Origin: Felis catus
Taxonomy: Eukaryota
Assembly (NCBI RefSeq): GCF_018350175.1
Contig: NC_058368.1
Location: 37,822,001 to 37,886,000, forward strand
Reading direction: 5' to 3'
DNA: 64,000 bases
Position numbers and translations under genes: made by a program. The notes under the pieces are model-generated. The model was not told where the DNA came from. It searched no databases and worked only from the letters and a program-made list of their open reading frames with translations. This document shows, piece after piece, positions 1 through 11,065 of this stretch (position 1 is its first letter; each line of letters opens with the position of its first letter).

Positions 1-879
1 GACTATGCATTTAGAAATCCCGTCCCATAGTAATTTTTGCTATTTATTTCTCATGACATGTTTTGTTTTGTTTTGTCTTTTTTTTTTCCTGAGGAGGGGG
101 AGTCACATTATATATAGTCATGACCTTAAAATATAATATACTGGCCTGGTAGTTAGAAATGAGAGTATTTGTGAAGACAGTATTAAAGTTATAAAGGTAA
201 AAAAGGAATTCAGCTTTTTTGAAGTCAGAGTTTCTCTTTAATTACTACCTTATTATAGTTCACTTATTAATTTTTATTTATCTATTCTTAAAAAAAGCAC
301 ATTGATTTGGGGACATGGCTGCCTGAAAAGTGGCATCTGTCTCTAATTATCTTGTGGAAGACATAACAAGAAATGGGTTTTAGGAGGAAAAACACACATG
401 AAGGTGTTTTGAGGTCTTCTAAGTTACTTAAAAGAAGAGAACAGGCAATGTTTAATTTGATCCAAAAATACCATGACAACTTCTCACTCCTTGTGACCCA
501 GTTTAGCAACTTAGGTGTTATTGACATTTTCACATCATGGCTCATGATCTGTATAATATAAATAAAGTTGTAACAGGAAAAACAAAAAAATAACCTTATA
601 TAGCCTGATTTTTGCCTGACTCATTCATTTCATAGCATAGTATTAAAAATGATCTTTGAAATAACATGCAAGAGTGAATCATGTTTCTGTATAAAAGTAC
701 TGTTATGATTAATGAATTTAAAGGAATATCTGGAAATTGGACAAGTGGAAGGAATAAATTCATGCTGTGTTATTACATCCTAATGCATTCATAGATGCTA
801 AAAAAATGGGTGTAGATGTCATCTAATCATATTCAAGACAAATAGTTCATTTGAAAATGAATATCCATATTTAAAGATG

Positions 880-1738
880 ATATTCTTAGGGAAATTTTAG
901 GTTTATAGGAAAATTGAGAAGGACAGAGTTCCCATGTACCCCTTGCCCCCAGATACGTATAGCTTCCCCATAATCAACATCTTCCACCAGAGTGGTTTAT
1001 TTGTTACGATTGATGAATCTACATTGACACATCATAAGTACTCAAAGTTCGTAATTTACATTATGGTCATTCTTGATGTACATTTTGAGCGTTCGGACAA
1101 ATGTGTAATGACGTGTATCTATCAATATAGTATCATATGGATTGGTTTCACTGCCCTGTAAGTTCTCTATACTCTGTCTTTTCATTTTTACTACAGTCCC
1201 CAACTCCTGGTGAGCACTGATCTTTCTACTTACTCTGTAGTTTTGTCTTTTCCAGATGCCATTAAGGAATCATCCAGTATATGGTCTTTTTAGATAGCTT
1301 CTTTTATTTAGTAATAATGCATTTAAGTTTCCTTTTTGTCTTTTTATTCATGTTATTAATCCATCTACTTACTGAAGGACATTTTTGTTTGCTTCCAAGT
1401 TCTGGCATTTACAAATAAACCACCTATTAACATCCACTTGCAGGTTTTTACGTGGACATAAGGTATTTGCGCCTTTAGGCAAATGTCAGTGAATGTGATT
1501 GGTGGATTATATGGTAAGGATATTTTTTGTTATATAAGAAGTGGCCAAACTGTCTTTCAAAACTGTCTGTACCATTTCGCATTTCCACGAGCAGTGAATG
1601 AGAGTTCTTGCTTGATTTGATAGCCTCAGCAGCACTCAGTGTTGTCAGTGTTCCAGATCTGGGCCATTCTAATAGTTGTGCAGTGGTATCTTGTTGTTTT
1701 GATTTGCGTTTCTCAGATGACATATGATGCGGAGCATA
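880..1738 (-). mobile_element. Old L1 3' end (L1MC1-like), part left of the Tigger1 insertion
   Basis: Resembles the recalled antisense L1MC 3' region (cccatgtaccccttgccccc...gatgaatctacattgacacatca...ggacatttttgtttgcttccaag). Breaks at ggagcaTA and resumes in register at 4361. Confidence 0.8.
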
Positions 1739-2720
1739 CAAGTGCACTTATTGTGTTCCGTCTATTACATCTTGCAGGTATAGCAGTTTTTACAGATTGA
1801 AGTTCTGTAGCAGCCCTGCTTCATGCAAGTTTGTTGATAACCATTTTTCCAGTCGCACTTGCTTCCTCTCTGTGTCTGTGTCACATTTTGGTAATTCTTA
1901 CAGTATTTCAAACTTTTTCATTATTATTATATTATGGTGATTTGTGATCAGTGTTCTTTGGTGTCACTAATGTGACTGTTTTGGGGAGCCATTGAAACAT
2001 GTTCATTCAAGATGACAAACTTAATGGATACAAATTGTGTGTGTTCTGACTACCCCACCGATGAACGGTTCCCCCAACTCCCTTTCCTCAGTCCTTCCTG
2101 TTTCTGGAGATGCAACAGTATTGAAATTAGGCCAGTTAATAACCTTAAAATAGCACCTAAGCGTTCAAATGAAATGAAAAGTCACGCATCTCTCACCTGA
2201 AATTAAAAGCTAGAAATCACTTAAGCTTAGTGAGGAAGGTGTATCAAAACCCAAGATAGGGCAAAAGCTAGGCTCCTTGTGCCAGTTAGCCGAATTATGG
2301 ATGCATCAGAAAAGGTTTTGAAGGAAATTAAAAGTGCTACCCCAGTGAACACACAAATAATAAGAAAGTGAAACAGCCTTATTGCTGATGGAGAAAGTTT
2401 TAGTGATCTGGATAGAAGATCAAACCGGACACAATATTCCCCAATGCCAAAACCTAATCCAGAGCAAGACCATAACTCTATTTGTTTCTATAAAGGCTGA
2501 GAGAAGAAGCTGCAGAAGAAGAGTTTGAAGCTAGCAGAGGTTGATTTATGAGGTGTAAGGAAAGAAGCCATCTCCATAGCATAAAAATACAAGGTAAAGC
2601 AGCAAGTGTTGATGCAGAAGCTGCAGCAAGTTATCCAGAAGATTTAGCTAATGCAGGTGGCTGCACTTAACAACTGATTTTCGGCATAGATGAAACATCC
2701 TGCTATTAGAAGAAGACGCT

Positions 2721-2869
2721 GGGTTGCCTGGGTGGTTCAGTTGGTTAAGTGTCCAACTCTTGATTTCAGCTCAGGTCATAATCTCACAGTTTGTGAGATC
2801 GAGCCCCCCTTTGGGGTCTGCACTGATGCCTCAGAGCCTGTTTGGGAGACTGAGCTACTTAGGTGCCCC
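2721..2869. mobile_element. Fused Can-SINE fragments: + strand head (2721-2847) joined to a - strand 5' tip (2848-2869)
   Basis: gggttgcctgggtggttcagttggttaag...gagcctgtttggga runs directly into gactgagctacttaggtgcccc, the reverse complement of a SINE start. No (CT)n or A tail. Confidence 0.8.
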
Positions 2870-3678
2870 AGGACAAATTCATTTTTGAAGTCTTATTATT
2901 TAATAAATACATTTTGAAAAACTATTTTGGCACAGACAGTGATTCCTCTGATGGATTTGGGCAAAGTAAACGTAAAACCTTCTGGAAAGGACACACCGTA
3001 CCAAATGCCATTAAGGACATTCATGATTCGTGGGAAGAGGTCAAAATATCAATGTAAACAGGAATTTGAAAGAAGTTGATTCCAACCCTTGTGGATGAAG
3101 TTGATGGATTCAACTTCAGTTGAAGAAGTAATTGAAGATATGATGGAACTAGCAAGGGAACTAAAAGTTGAGCCTGAAGATGGGACGGAATGACTGTTAT
3201 CTCATGATCAAACTTTATAATGGATGGGAAGTTACTTCATATGGAAAAGTAAAGAAGGTGGTTTTTTGAGATGGAAACTACTTCTAGTGAAGATGCTGTG
3301 AAGACTATAGAAATGACAAGAAGGGATTTAAAAAATATGTAAACTTAATTGCAAAGCAGAGGCAAGGTTTGAGAGGATTGACTCCAATTTTGAAAGAAGT
3401 TCTACTTTGGGTAAAATGATATGAGGCAGCAACACATGCTGCAGAGGAATTGTTTGTGAAAGGAAGTTTCAATTGATATGGCAGACTTCATTTTTGTCTT
3501 ATTTTAAGAAATGGCCACAGCCACCACCCTAATCTTCAGCAGCCACCGCCCCCCCCCCCCGCCCCCAGGTCAGTAGCAGCCATCAGTGTCAAGGCAAGAC
3601 CCCACCAGCAAAAAGATTACAACTCACTGAAAGTTCAGGTGATGGTTAGTATTTTTTTTTTTTTTACCAAGTGAGTGT

Positions 3679-3877
3679 TTTTTTAAATGTTTATTTATTA
3701 CAAGTGAGAGGGAACAGGGCCAGGGGAGAGGGGCAGAGAGAAAGGGTGAGAGTATCTCAAGCAGGCTCCTGTTCAGCATGGAGCCCAATGTGGGGCTTGA
3801 TCCCACAACTGTGACATCATGACCTGAGCTGAAATCAAGAGCTGGATGCTTAGCCAACTGAGCCACCCAGGCACCCC
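3679..3877 (-). mobile_element. Can-SINE inside Tigger1
   Basis: T-rich tail, AG-rich segment, ends actgagccacccaggcacccc. Confidence 0.93.
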
Positions 3878-3910
3878 TAGAGTATTTTTAATTAAGGTAT
3901 GTACATTGTT

Positions 3911-3952
3911 GTTGTTGTTGTTGGGTTTTTTTTTAGTTTTTTTATGTTTATT

Positions 3953-4009
<57 letters not shown>

Positions 4010-4174
4010 TGTGAGTGGGGGAGGGGCAGAGAGAGAGGGAGACACAGAGTCTGAAACAGGCTCCAGGCTCTGAGTTGTCAGCACAGAGCCTGATGCAAGG
4101 CTCCGTCTCACAGATCGTGAGATCATGAGCTGAGCTGAAGTCAGATGCTTAACCGACAGTCACCCAGGCACCCC
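3911..4174 (-). mobile_element. Can-SINE (felid type) inside Tigger1, with (GA)n
   Basis: SINE body with TSD gtatgtacattgtt at 3897-3910 and 4178-4191. Confidence 0.95.
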
Positions 4175-4360
4175 ACAGTATGTACATTGTTTTTTTTAGA
4201 CATAATGCTGCTGTGCACTTAATAGCTTATAGTATAGCATTAAACATAACTTGTACATGCAGTGAGAAAACAAAAAATTCATTTGACTTGCCTAATTTGA
4301 TAATCACTTTATTGCAATGGTCTGGAACTGAATCTGCAGAATCCCTGACGCATACCTGTA

Positions 4361-5445
4361 TTTTTGTATTCTTATTTGCCATCTATATATTTTCTTTTTG
4401 AAGTTTCTGTTAAGGTCTTTGGCCATTTTTTAAATCACTTTTTCTTGGTGATGAGCTTCAAGAGTTCTTTGTATATTTTGGATAATAGTCCTTTATCAAA
4501 TTTGTCTTTTATAAATATTTATCCTAAACTGGCTTGTCATCTTATTCTTTTGAAATTGTCTTTAAGAGAACAAAAATTTTTCATTTTAATGAATTCCAAC
4601 TTACCAATTGTTTCTTTCATGGATCATGTTTCTGGTGTTCTATCCAAAGTCATTACAGTACCCAAGGTCATCTGGGTTTTCTCCTATGTTGTCTTTTAGG
4701 AGTTTAGAGTTTTGCATTTTATATTTCGATCTGTGATACATGTTAATTTTTTGAAGGGTGTAAGTTGCTGTCTAGACAGTATTTTTTGCTTATGGATATC
4801 TAGTTGTTCCAGCATCATTTGTTAAAGAGACTGTCTTTGCTCCAGTGTGTTGTTTTTGCTTTTTCATCAAAGATTAGTTTGTGTGGGTCTCTTTTTTGGC
4901 TCTCCATTCCATTCCATTGATCTGTTTCTCCTTTCTTTCACCAATACCACACTGTCTTTGTTACTATAGCTACATAGTAAATCTTGGAGTAGCATCATTC
5001 CTCAAGCTTTATTCTTCCCCTTCAATATTATATTGGCTATCATTGTTTTTTTTCCTCTCCATATAAACTGTAGAATCAGCTTGTTTATAACCACAAAAGA
5101 TTTTGCTGGGATTTTGATCAGAATTGCATTGAATCTGTAGATCATGTTGGGGGAGCACTGGCATTTTGACAGTATTGAGTCTTTCCCTCTATGAATCTGG
5201 AATATCTCTCCATTTATTTAGTTCTTCTTTGATTTTGGTTATCAGATTTGTTGTTTTCCTCATGTTGGTCTTGTACATATTTTGTTAACATTATAGCTAT
5301 TTCATTTTTGGGGGGGTGATAATATAAATAGAATTGTGTTTTTGTTTTAAATTTTATTCATTGCAAGTGTATAATAAAGCAATTGACTTTTTATATTAAA
5401 TTTGTATCCTGCCAACTTGCTATATTTGCTTATTAGTTCTAGGAG
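4361..5445 (-). mobile_element. L1MC1-like element, continuation (decayed ORF2)
   Basis: Antisense L1 ORF2 motifs (gttctttgtatattttggataatagtcctttatca; ttgttccagcatcatttgttaaagagact; gcattgaatctgtagatca). Confidence 0.85.
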
Positions 5446-5539
5446 GAAATTTCATTTTTTTAAACTTGATGTATTTCACAAAGGAGTAAATCCAAATATT
5501 CTGCAAACATCTAAAAAAGTATTTGACATCAAAATTTAT

Positions 5540-6190
5540 TATGCAATTGAAAATTGCAACCACAGATATGTGCCACTGCACACATAGCAGAATGGTAAAT
5601 GGAAAAGAAAGCACCAAATTACTAGCAAGGGTGAGGAATGAATGAAAAGTTCCATGTTTGTGTTGAGACCATGTAACTTGCGAAAACTTTGAAAGGCCTT
5701 TGTCAGTACCTTGTAATTGTGAAGATACACATACATTATAACCTATCAACTCCATATTTAGATATATTCCAACAGAAATGTATGCACATTTGCATGGAAA
5801 GATACAGAAATCAACATTGACAGTAGATACACAAATAATGGCTCTAACTCAGAGACAATTTATGTGTCCTTTTCCAATAAAAATGATCTTGAATTAATTA
5901 AAACTTGAATTAAATAATTAGCTAACTAATTAATTACCTATTGAATTAATTAACTAAATACATGGTAATAAAAGTCAGAATAAGCATTGCCTTTCTGCAT
6001 GAGTTGAGTGGCAACTGGAAAAGGGCTTGAAGAGTTTGGGGACACTATAATAATCCATTTCCTGATGTGAGTTGTGGTTACAATCTGTGTTCACTCTGCA
6101 AAGACACTGAGATGCACATATATGATTTATATGCGTGTGTATTAGACATAGTACACTACAAAAGAAATGCGTTCTTAAAATTTTTGTGTT
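5540..6190 (+). mobile_element. Highly diverged L1 (L1ME-like) 3' fragment
   Basis: Degenerate L1 3' motifs (cacacatagcagaatggtaaa; tagatatattccaacagaaatgtatgcaca). Confidence 0.55.
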
Positions 6191-6219
6191 AAAATCTGAT
6201 TTAAAAATAAAGTATGGAC

Positions 6220-6670
6220 GTTGAGAGGGCATTCTGAACTCTACATATAGATTATGGGTCCTGAGCACATAGAAATTGAAGGCCTTGAAAAAAAATAAAA
6301 TTTTCAGGGAGAATATGTAGAAGGAAGAGATAAAAGCCAGCACTCAGATACAGCATTCTTCAAAGAGCAGAAGATAAAGCCAGTAAGAAGAGTAAGAAAG
6401 ATGGGTCAGGTTTAAGAAAGAAAATTAAGGAGTTTGTTAGTAACATACAGACCAGGGAAGAGGAGTTATCAACAGTGTCAAATGTGCAAAGATGTACAAT
6501 TATTTAGATAATTAGTTTTTAATATAACTACAAACATGTTAAAAGTGATCTTCATGAGAGGAAAGTCATTGCAGGTCAGAGATGAAAGCCTTATTGCAAC
6601 AAATTGAGTTATAATTGGGGAATGTAGAGCCAGTCCCTGTAGACAAACTATTCACAGTGTTTGTACACGA
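6220..6670 (-). mobile_element. L2 fragment
   Basis: Purine-rich tract with L2-like ggagttatcaacagtgtcaaatg and gtagacaaactattcacagtgtttg. Confidence 0.5.
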
Positions 6671-7110
6671 AATGGGTGTTAGGGAAGGGACGATACCAAA
6701 AGATGTGTCTTCAAGGACCAGACAAGTAGACTTTTTTACTAGCTATTTAATATTGGTCAAATCTATGAACTTTTTTGAGATTTGAAATCCTTATAAGTCA
6801 ATACATTAATAAAACCTATGTAACTTTATGAAATATATGTGGCTAGATGTAATTTTATAAAACACTTTCAAATGTCACTTAAATGCTACATTAAATAATA
6901 GGAAATAGAATATGACAGAACTATATTTAAATCATATGAAACTTTAAGTGCCAGAGCAAATTTGAAAATAGCTGTATATTTGAATAATTTATGAGGAGCT
7001 ATATGATTATGGGTTCTCTCTTCAGGTTGCGATTTTCAAATTTTTCTTTTACTACTTGCATCTGGGATTTGTACTAACTTTATATCATTTTAAAAAGTAA
7101 ATTAGTGCCA

Positions 7111-7318
7111 GGGATCCTGGGTGGCTCAGTCAGTTAAGTATCTGACTCTTGGTTTCAGCTCAGGTCATGATCTCACGGTTCGTGAGTTCAAGCCCTTGCG
7201 TCAGTCTCTGCACCAACAGTGTGGAGCCTGCTTGGGATTCTCTTTCTCTTTCCCTTTCTCTTTCTCTTTCTCTTTCTCTTTCTCTTTCTCTTTCTCTTTC
7301 TCTTTCTCTTTCTCTTTC

Positions 7319-7358
<40 letters not shown>

Positions 7359-7465
7359 CCCCTTCCCCTTCCCCTTCCCCTTCCCCTTCCCCTTCCCCTT
7401 TCCCTTTCCCTTTCCCTTTCCCTTTCCCTTTCCCTCTCTCTCTCTCAGAATAAATAAATGAACTT
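7111..7465 (+). mobile_element. Can-SINE with expanded pyrimidine tract
   Basis: Head gggatcctgggtggctcagtcagttaag. Imperfect TSD aaaaagta(a/g)attagt(g/a)cca on both sides. Confidence 0.95.
7238..7446 (+). repeat. 209-nt pure pyrimidine compound microsatellite (TTTCTC)n-(CT)n-(TTCCCC)n-(TTTCCC)n
   Basis: No purine from 7238 to 7446, read directly. Confidence 0.97.
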
Positions 7466-7874
7466 TTTAAAAAGTAGATTAGTACCAAATGGTAACAAAA
7501 TTGTAAATGAGGGGCAGTAAGGTTTGAATTCTATTAAGTACCCAAGGGAGTAAAGTAATGAAGTAAGTGGCTGCTGTTACGAAGAGCTCTCTAGACAATG
7601 CCGAATATTGCAATATTACAGCAGAAGTATCACGACCTAAGGAAAAACACACACAATGCTACTTTAGATATCAGTAATCAACTTTGTCGTGTAATGCTCA
7701 TGTCTTAAGAGAGCAAACTATATAATAAATTCGTGCAACTATTCATCACACAGCTGAGGATAATGGGACAATCTGCACTGATTTTTTCATAAGAATAAAT
7801 AGTCTCCCAAACTAATTTCTTTTGGCTTTTACCTTAATCACATTTTTAATTTACATTGATTTTCTTTACAATAG

Positions 7875-7921
7875 GTTTTTTGCCCCGATGCAGAAGAGAT
7901 CATCCTTGATGTGAAATACAT
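7875..7921 (+). CDS. Candidate 47-nt internal exon of an unidentified gene (frame 0: VFCPDAEEIILDVKY, ends in phase 2)
   Basis: Acceptor ttgattttctttacaatAG after an AG-free stretch of about 70 nt with ctaat/ttaat branch-like motifs. Donor AT|GTAAGT. Non-repeat context. One frame is open and two have stops. Confidence 0.55.
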
Positions 7922-9020
7922 GTAAGTAAATGTATATTGAATATATATAGAATATATATGGTATAAGTAAATATACACACACCTCCAGAGTCTGGAAAGT
8001 TGTATTCTTATCCAGTAGCCCAGTGACTGATGATTCTACTTCTTCTTCCTATTTTATGATTCTCTGTGATGCTGATGAATTTGTGGTGACTGAAGCAACC
8101 AAGTATAACTGAACCCCCAAAGGTAATAGATCTTATAATACGCCTCAGACAAATTCCAGAACTTTAATTTAAAAATCAAATTTCTCCTTTTTGGACTTTA
8201 GCATTTTATCTTTGCAATCTATGCTGCCGGTCATTTTAAATTAATGGGATCTGGTGAAAATGTGCTTCCTTTCTAAAACCCTGTTAGAGATCTCCTGATG
8301 AATTGATAGATGAATTGACAGATGAATTGACATGGTAGGTAGCAAAACCACTAACTTTCTCTCTCTATAATGATATAATCTGCTTCAGTGTTCCTGATAA
8401 ATTTGTTGTATATCTACTTTAAAATCACCAGAGAAAACTGCTCCTCAAAGGCGGTATGTAGGTGCTTAGAACAGGTCCTTATACAGACACAGTCTTCTGC
8501 AGTTGGGATGCCAGTTGTTTTTGATGATTGTGTTTTGCATGGTTACTTTGAAAATGCCCTTAGGTATCAGTAAGAGCTGCACACCATACATCTCAGTTAC
8601 AGGCAGAACATCTGACAGCAGCGGCACCAGCCTGCAAAGAGGAATAAAAGCGGAATACAAGATCATGTTTTTTTTCACAGCTGGTCATTGCAGTATCGAT
8701 AGATACCGCAGTGTTAGGTTAACAACTTAAAATAGTTATGGCGTATCACATGCACATTGCAATATTTAGTTCCTTTTATATGATTTTATCTCTCTGTCAT
8801 GTGATTTTCCCCCATATCTTCAAAATGGCTTAACATACCAAAATATATATAAATCTACATTTATCTTTTTCATACTGTATATGAAATGCTTATAATTTAA
8901 TCCTTCTTTTGGAAGAGATTCTTGAGTGAAGAAGGCATTTACCAAAATGGGCGTAGAAAAGCAAAGTATGATATTGCTATAGGAGCTTCTGCTGATAAGC
9001 AAAATAATCTATTTTCATTA

Positions 9021-9070
9021 GACATAGAACTTTCCCATTAAGTAGGACATAGAACTTTCCCATTAAGTAG
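9021..9070 (+). repeat. Perfect 25-bp tandem duplication
   Basis: gacatagaactttcccattaagtag twice. Confidence 0.97.
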
Positions 9071-9176
9071 GTGTTCACACTACTTTGATGGTACATCTAT
9101 AATCCAGCCTAATATTTATGATGCATAATATCACTGATTTTATATATCTATATATATATTTTTTAATTGAAAATAT

Positions 9177-9590
9177 TGTTATGAGCTAAATTTTTAGAAA
9201 TTCATATGTTAAAGTCCTAGCCCCTAGTACCTCAGAATATGACTGAATTTGGAGATGGATCTTCAAAGAAATAACTGAGTTAAAACGAGGTCATTAGGGT
9301 GGGCCCTAATTTAACATGACTGGTGTCCTTATAAGAAGAGACAGTTTGGACACAAAACACCTACAGAGTGAAGACCGTGTGAAGACAAATGGAGAAGACT
9401 GGTATCACTATAAGCTAAGAAGAAAGGCCAGCAGCAGATCCTTCTCTTATGGCCTTGAGGAAAAAACTATTTTGCTGACACCTTGATCTTGGACTTCTAG
9501 TCTCTGCAGGACTCTGAGAAAATAAATTTCTCTTGCTTTAACTGCTCAAACAGTGCTGTTTTGTTACAGCAGCCCTAGTAAGCCAATACA
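9177..9590 (+). mobile_element. MaLR solo LTR (MLT1B-like)
   Basis: TG...CA ends. Motifs gaggtcattagggtgggccctaat, gactggtgtccttataagaagag, gacaccttgatcttggacttctag and AATAAA. Flanks aatat/agtat resemble a 5-bp TSD. Confidence 0.9.
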
Positions 9591-10944
9591 AGTATCAGCT
9601 GAAATGAGAGATACTGCATGGACCTTTACAAAAATATGTATTAAGAGGATTTTTGGATTATAGGTCAAAACACTGGTCTAAATCTGTGAATTCAGTTCTC
9701 CGCCTTCTGAAAAAATTAACTAAAATAAAAATGCAAAATATATAAATATCCTATATCCATTCTAGGAAATAGAAAAGGTCACCATAGATATTGTGGCAAT
9801 ATTAAGAAAACTCTCTGATGCATAATTGAAGAGAGATCAATCAAAGGTACCAGAATTGCTTGCCTGAAGCAAGTCAATTCTTAATATTCCATGTAACATG
9901 AGTCAGTAAATACTTCCACTTTATTCCATGAATTTGCACCTCTAATTTATACTATCTATGAGCTCCAGGACCTCCCCCACTGGAGAAATTAATATATAAA
10001 ACAGTCCACGGTACCTGGCAAAAGCAAGTGTAAATCTCTTTGAAAGGATATATGCTCAACCCAGGGTGAAGACTCATCAAGCATGGACTGTAAGAACTCA
10101 CCAACAAAACAGCAAATACAAGGAAACAAGCCATCTTGAATGCCAGTCAAAGCCAAAAACAAACCGAAACTAAAACCCTCCAGTCTGTGGTAATAGAAAG
10201 AGACTGAAAACATATAATAAGTATTTTTAAATAAATAAAAGATAAAAACACGAGACTGTCAGAAATGACAGTGTTCCTCTATTCTTTATCACAAGATGCT
10301 CTGCTTACCCTGAGACCATTCTTAAGTAAAAAAAGGGAGCCTACGCAATCATACTGGGTTTAGAAAGGAAAACATGGGTTTTTTCTCTAAAGAGAATATG
10401 GGGACCGGTTGTCCTAGGTAGGGTGAAGTGCCTTGATGATTGTATTATTTTATTTTTATTATAGTCTTTATAATAAAACCCTCAAAATATTAATATTTCT
10501 ATTTGATAGATGGGCTTAATTATAGTTCATTTAGTTAAAATTATTAATTTGCTTGTGGCTCATGTACAAAAAAACAAGAAAAAGCTAAGTTGGCTGGCAC
10601 TTCTACTTTGATTTTTATTCTGAGACCCAGGTGTCATTCAACGTGATTTGTGTTCTTGGGTGTATGATATCCAGTAAGCATCACTGATTTCTGAATAACG
10701 TATCTTCCACTTATCAAGAAGAAAGAAAGAAAGAAACTGTATGATAAAGGAGAGACTGGTGAAATAAGTCTCTATGCAAAGTGGAAGGTTAAAAACAGAC
10801 ATTGTTTTTGGCTCTTAGCTGTGGAAGCACTCTCTCTACACATCACTCTTTAATTTCTGTGCATGCTGTGATATATCCCTCACTGTGAGCCCTCCCAAAA
10901 TTTCAAAAACAAAATCAAAATTACTCTGCTGTAGTACATTGACT

Positions 10945-11065
10945 TAAGCAGGTTCCATGCTCAGCACGGAGCCTGATGAAGGGCTCAATCCTAAGACCCT
11001 GGAATCATAACCTGAGCCCAAATCAAGAGTCAGATGCTCAATGGACTGAGCCAGCCAGATGCCCC
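10945..11065 (-). mobile_element. Tail-less Can-SINE fragment (older subfamily)
   Basis: aagcaggttccatgctcagcacggagcc...actgagccagccagatgcccc with no (GA)n or T tail. Confidence 0.85.

Larger units (their letters stand above)
1739..4358 (+). mobile_element. Tigger1 (TcMar-Tigger DNA transposon), both termini present, decayed and internally deleted
   Basis: TA on both sides (1737-1738, 4359-4360). The 3' end ...gcatacctg resembles the Tigger1 TIR. Transposase remnants include aagctagaaatcacttaagcttagtgaggaagg and the ORF fragment DSDSSDGFGQSKRKTFWKG...IHDSWEEVKIS. Carries three SINE-derived segments. Confidence 0.93.

Noticed and set aside
288..561. Overlapping short ORFs and a minus-strand acceptor (ttatattataCAG near 550)
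   Set aside because: No recognisable protein, no convincing donor, and stops in the alternative frames.
2150..3500. Tigger1 transposase as a domesticated TIGD/CENP-B-like gene
   Set aside because: Multiple stops and frameshifts, SINE interruption, and loss of the catalytic core.
3545..3566. C-run (possible G-quadruplex on the minus strand)
   Set aside because: Simple homopolymer expansion within Tigger1 with no sign of function.
7121..7488. ORFs with FS/LS/EK/GE dipeptide repeats
   Set aside because: Translations of the SINE microsatellite.
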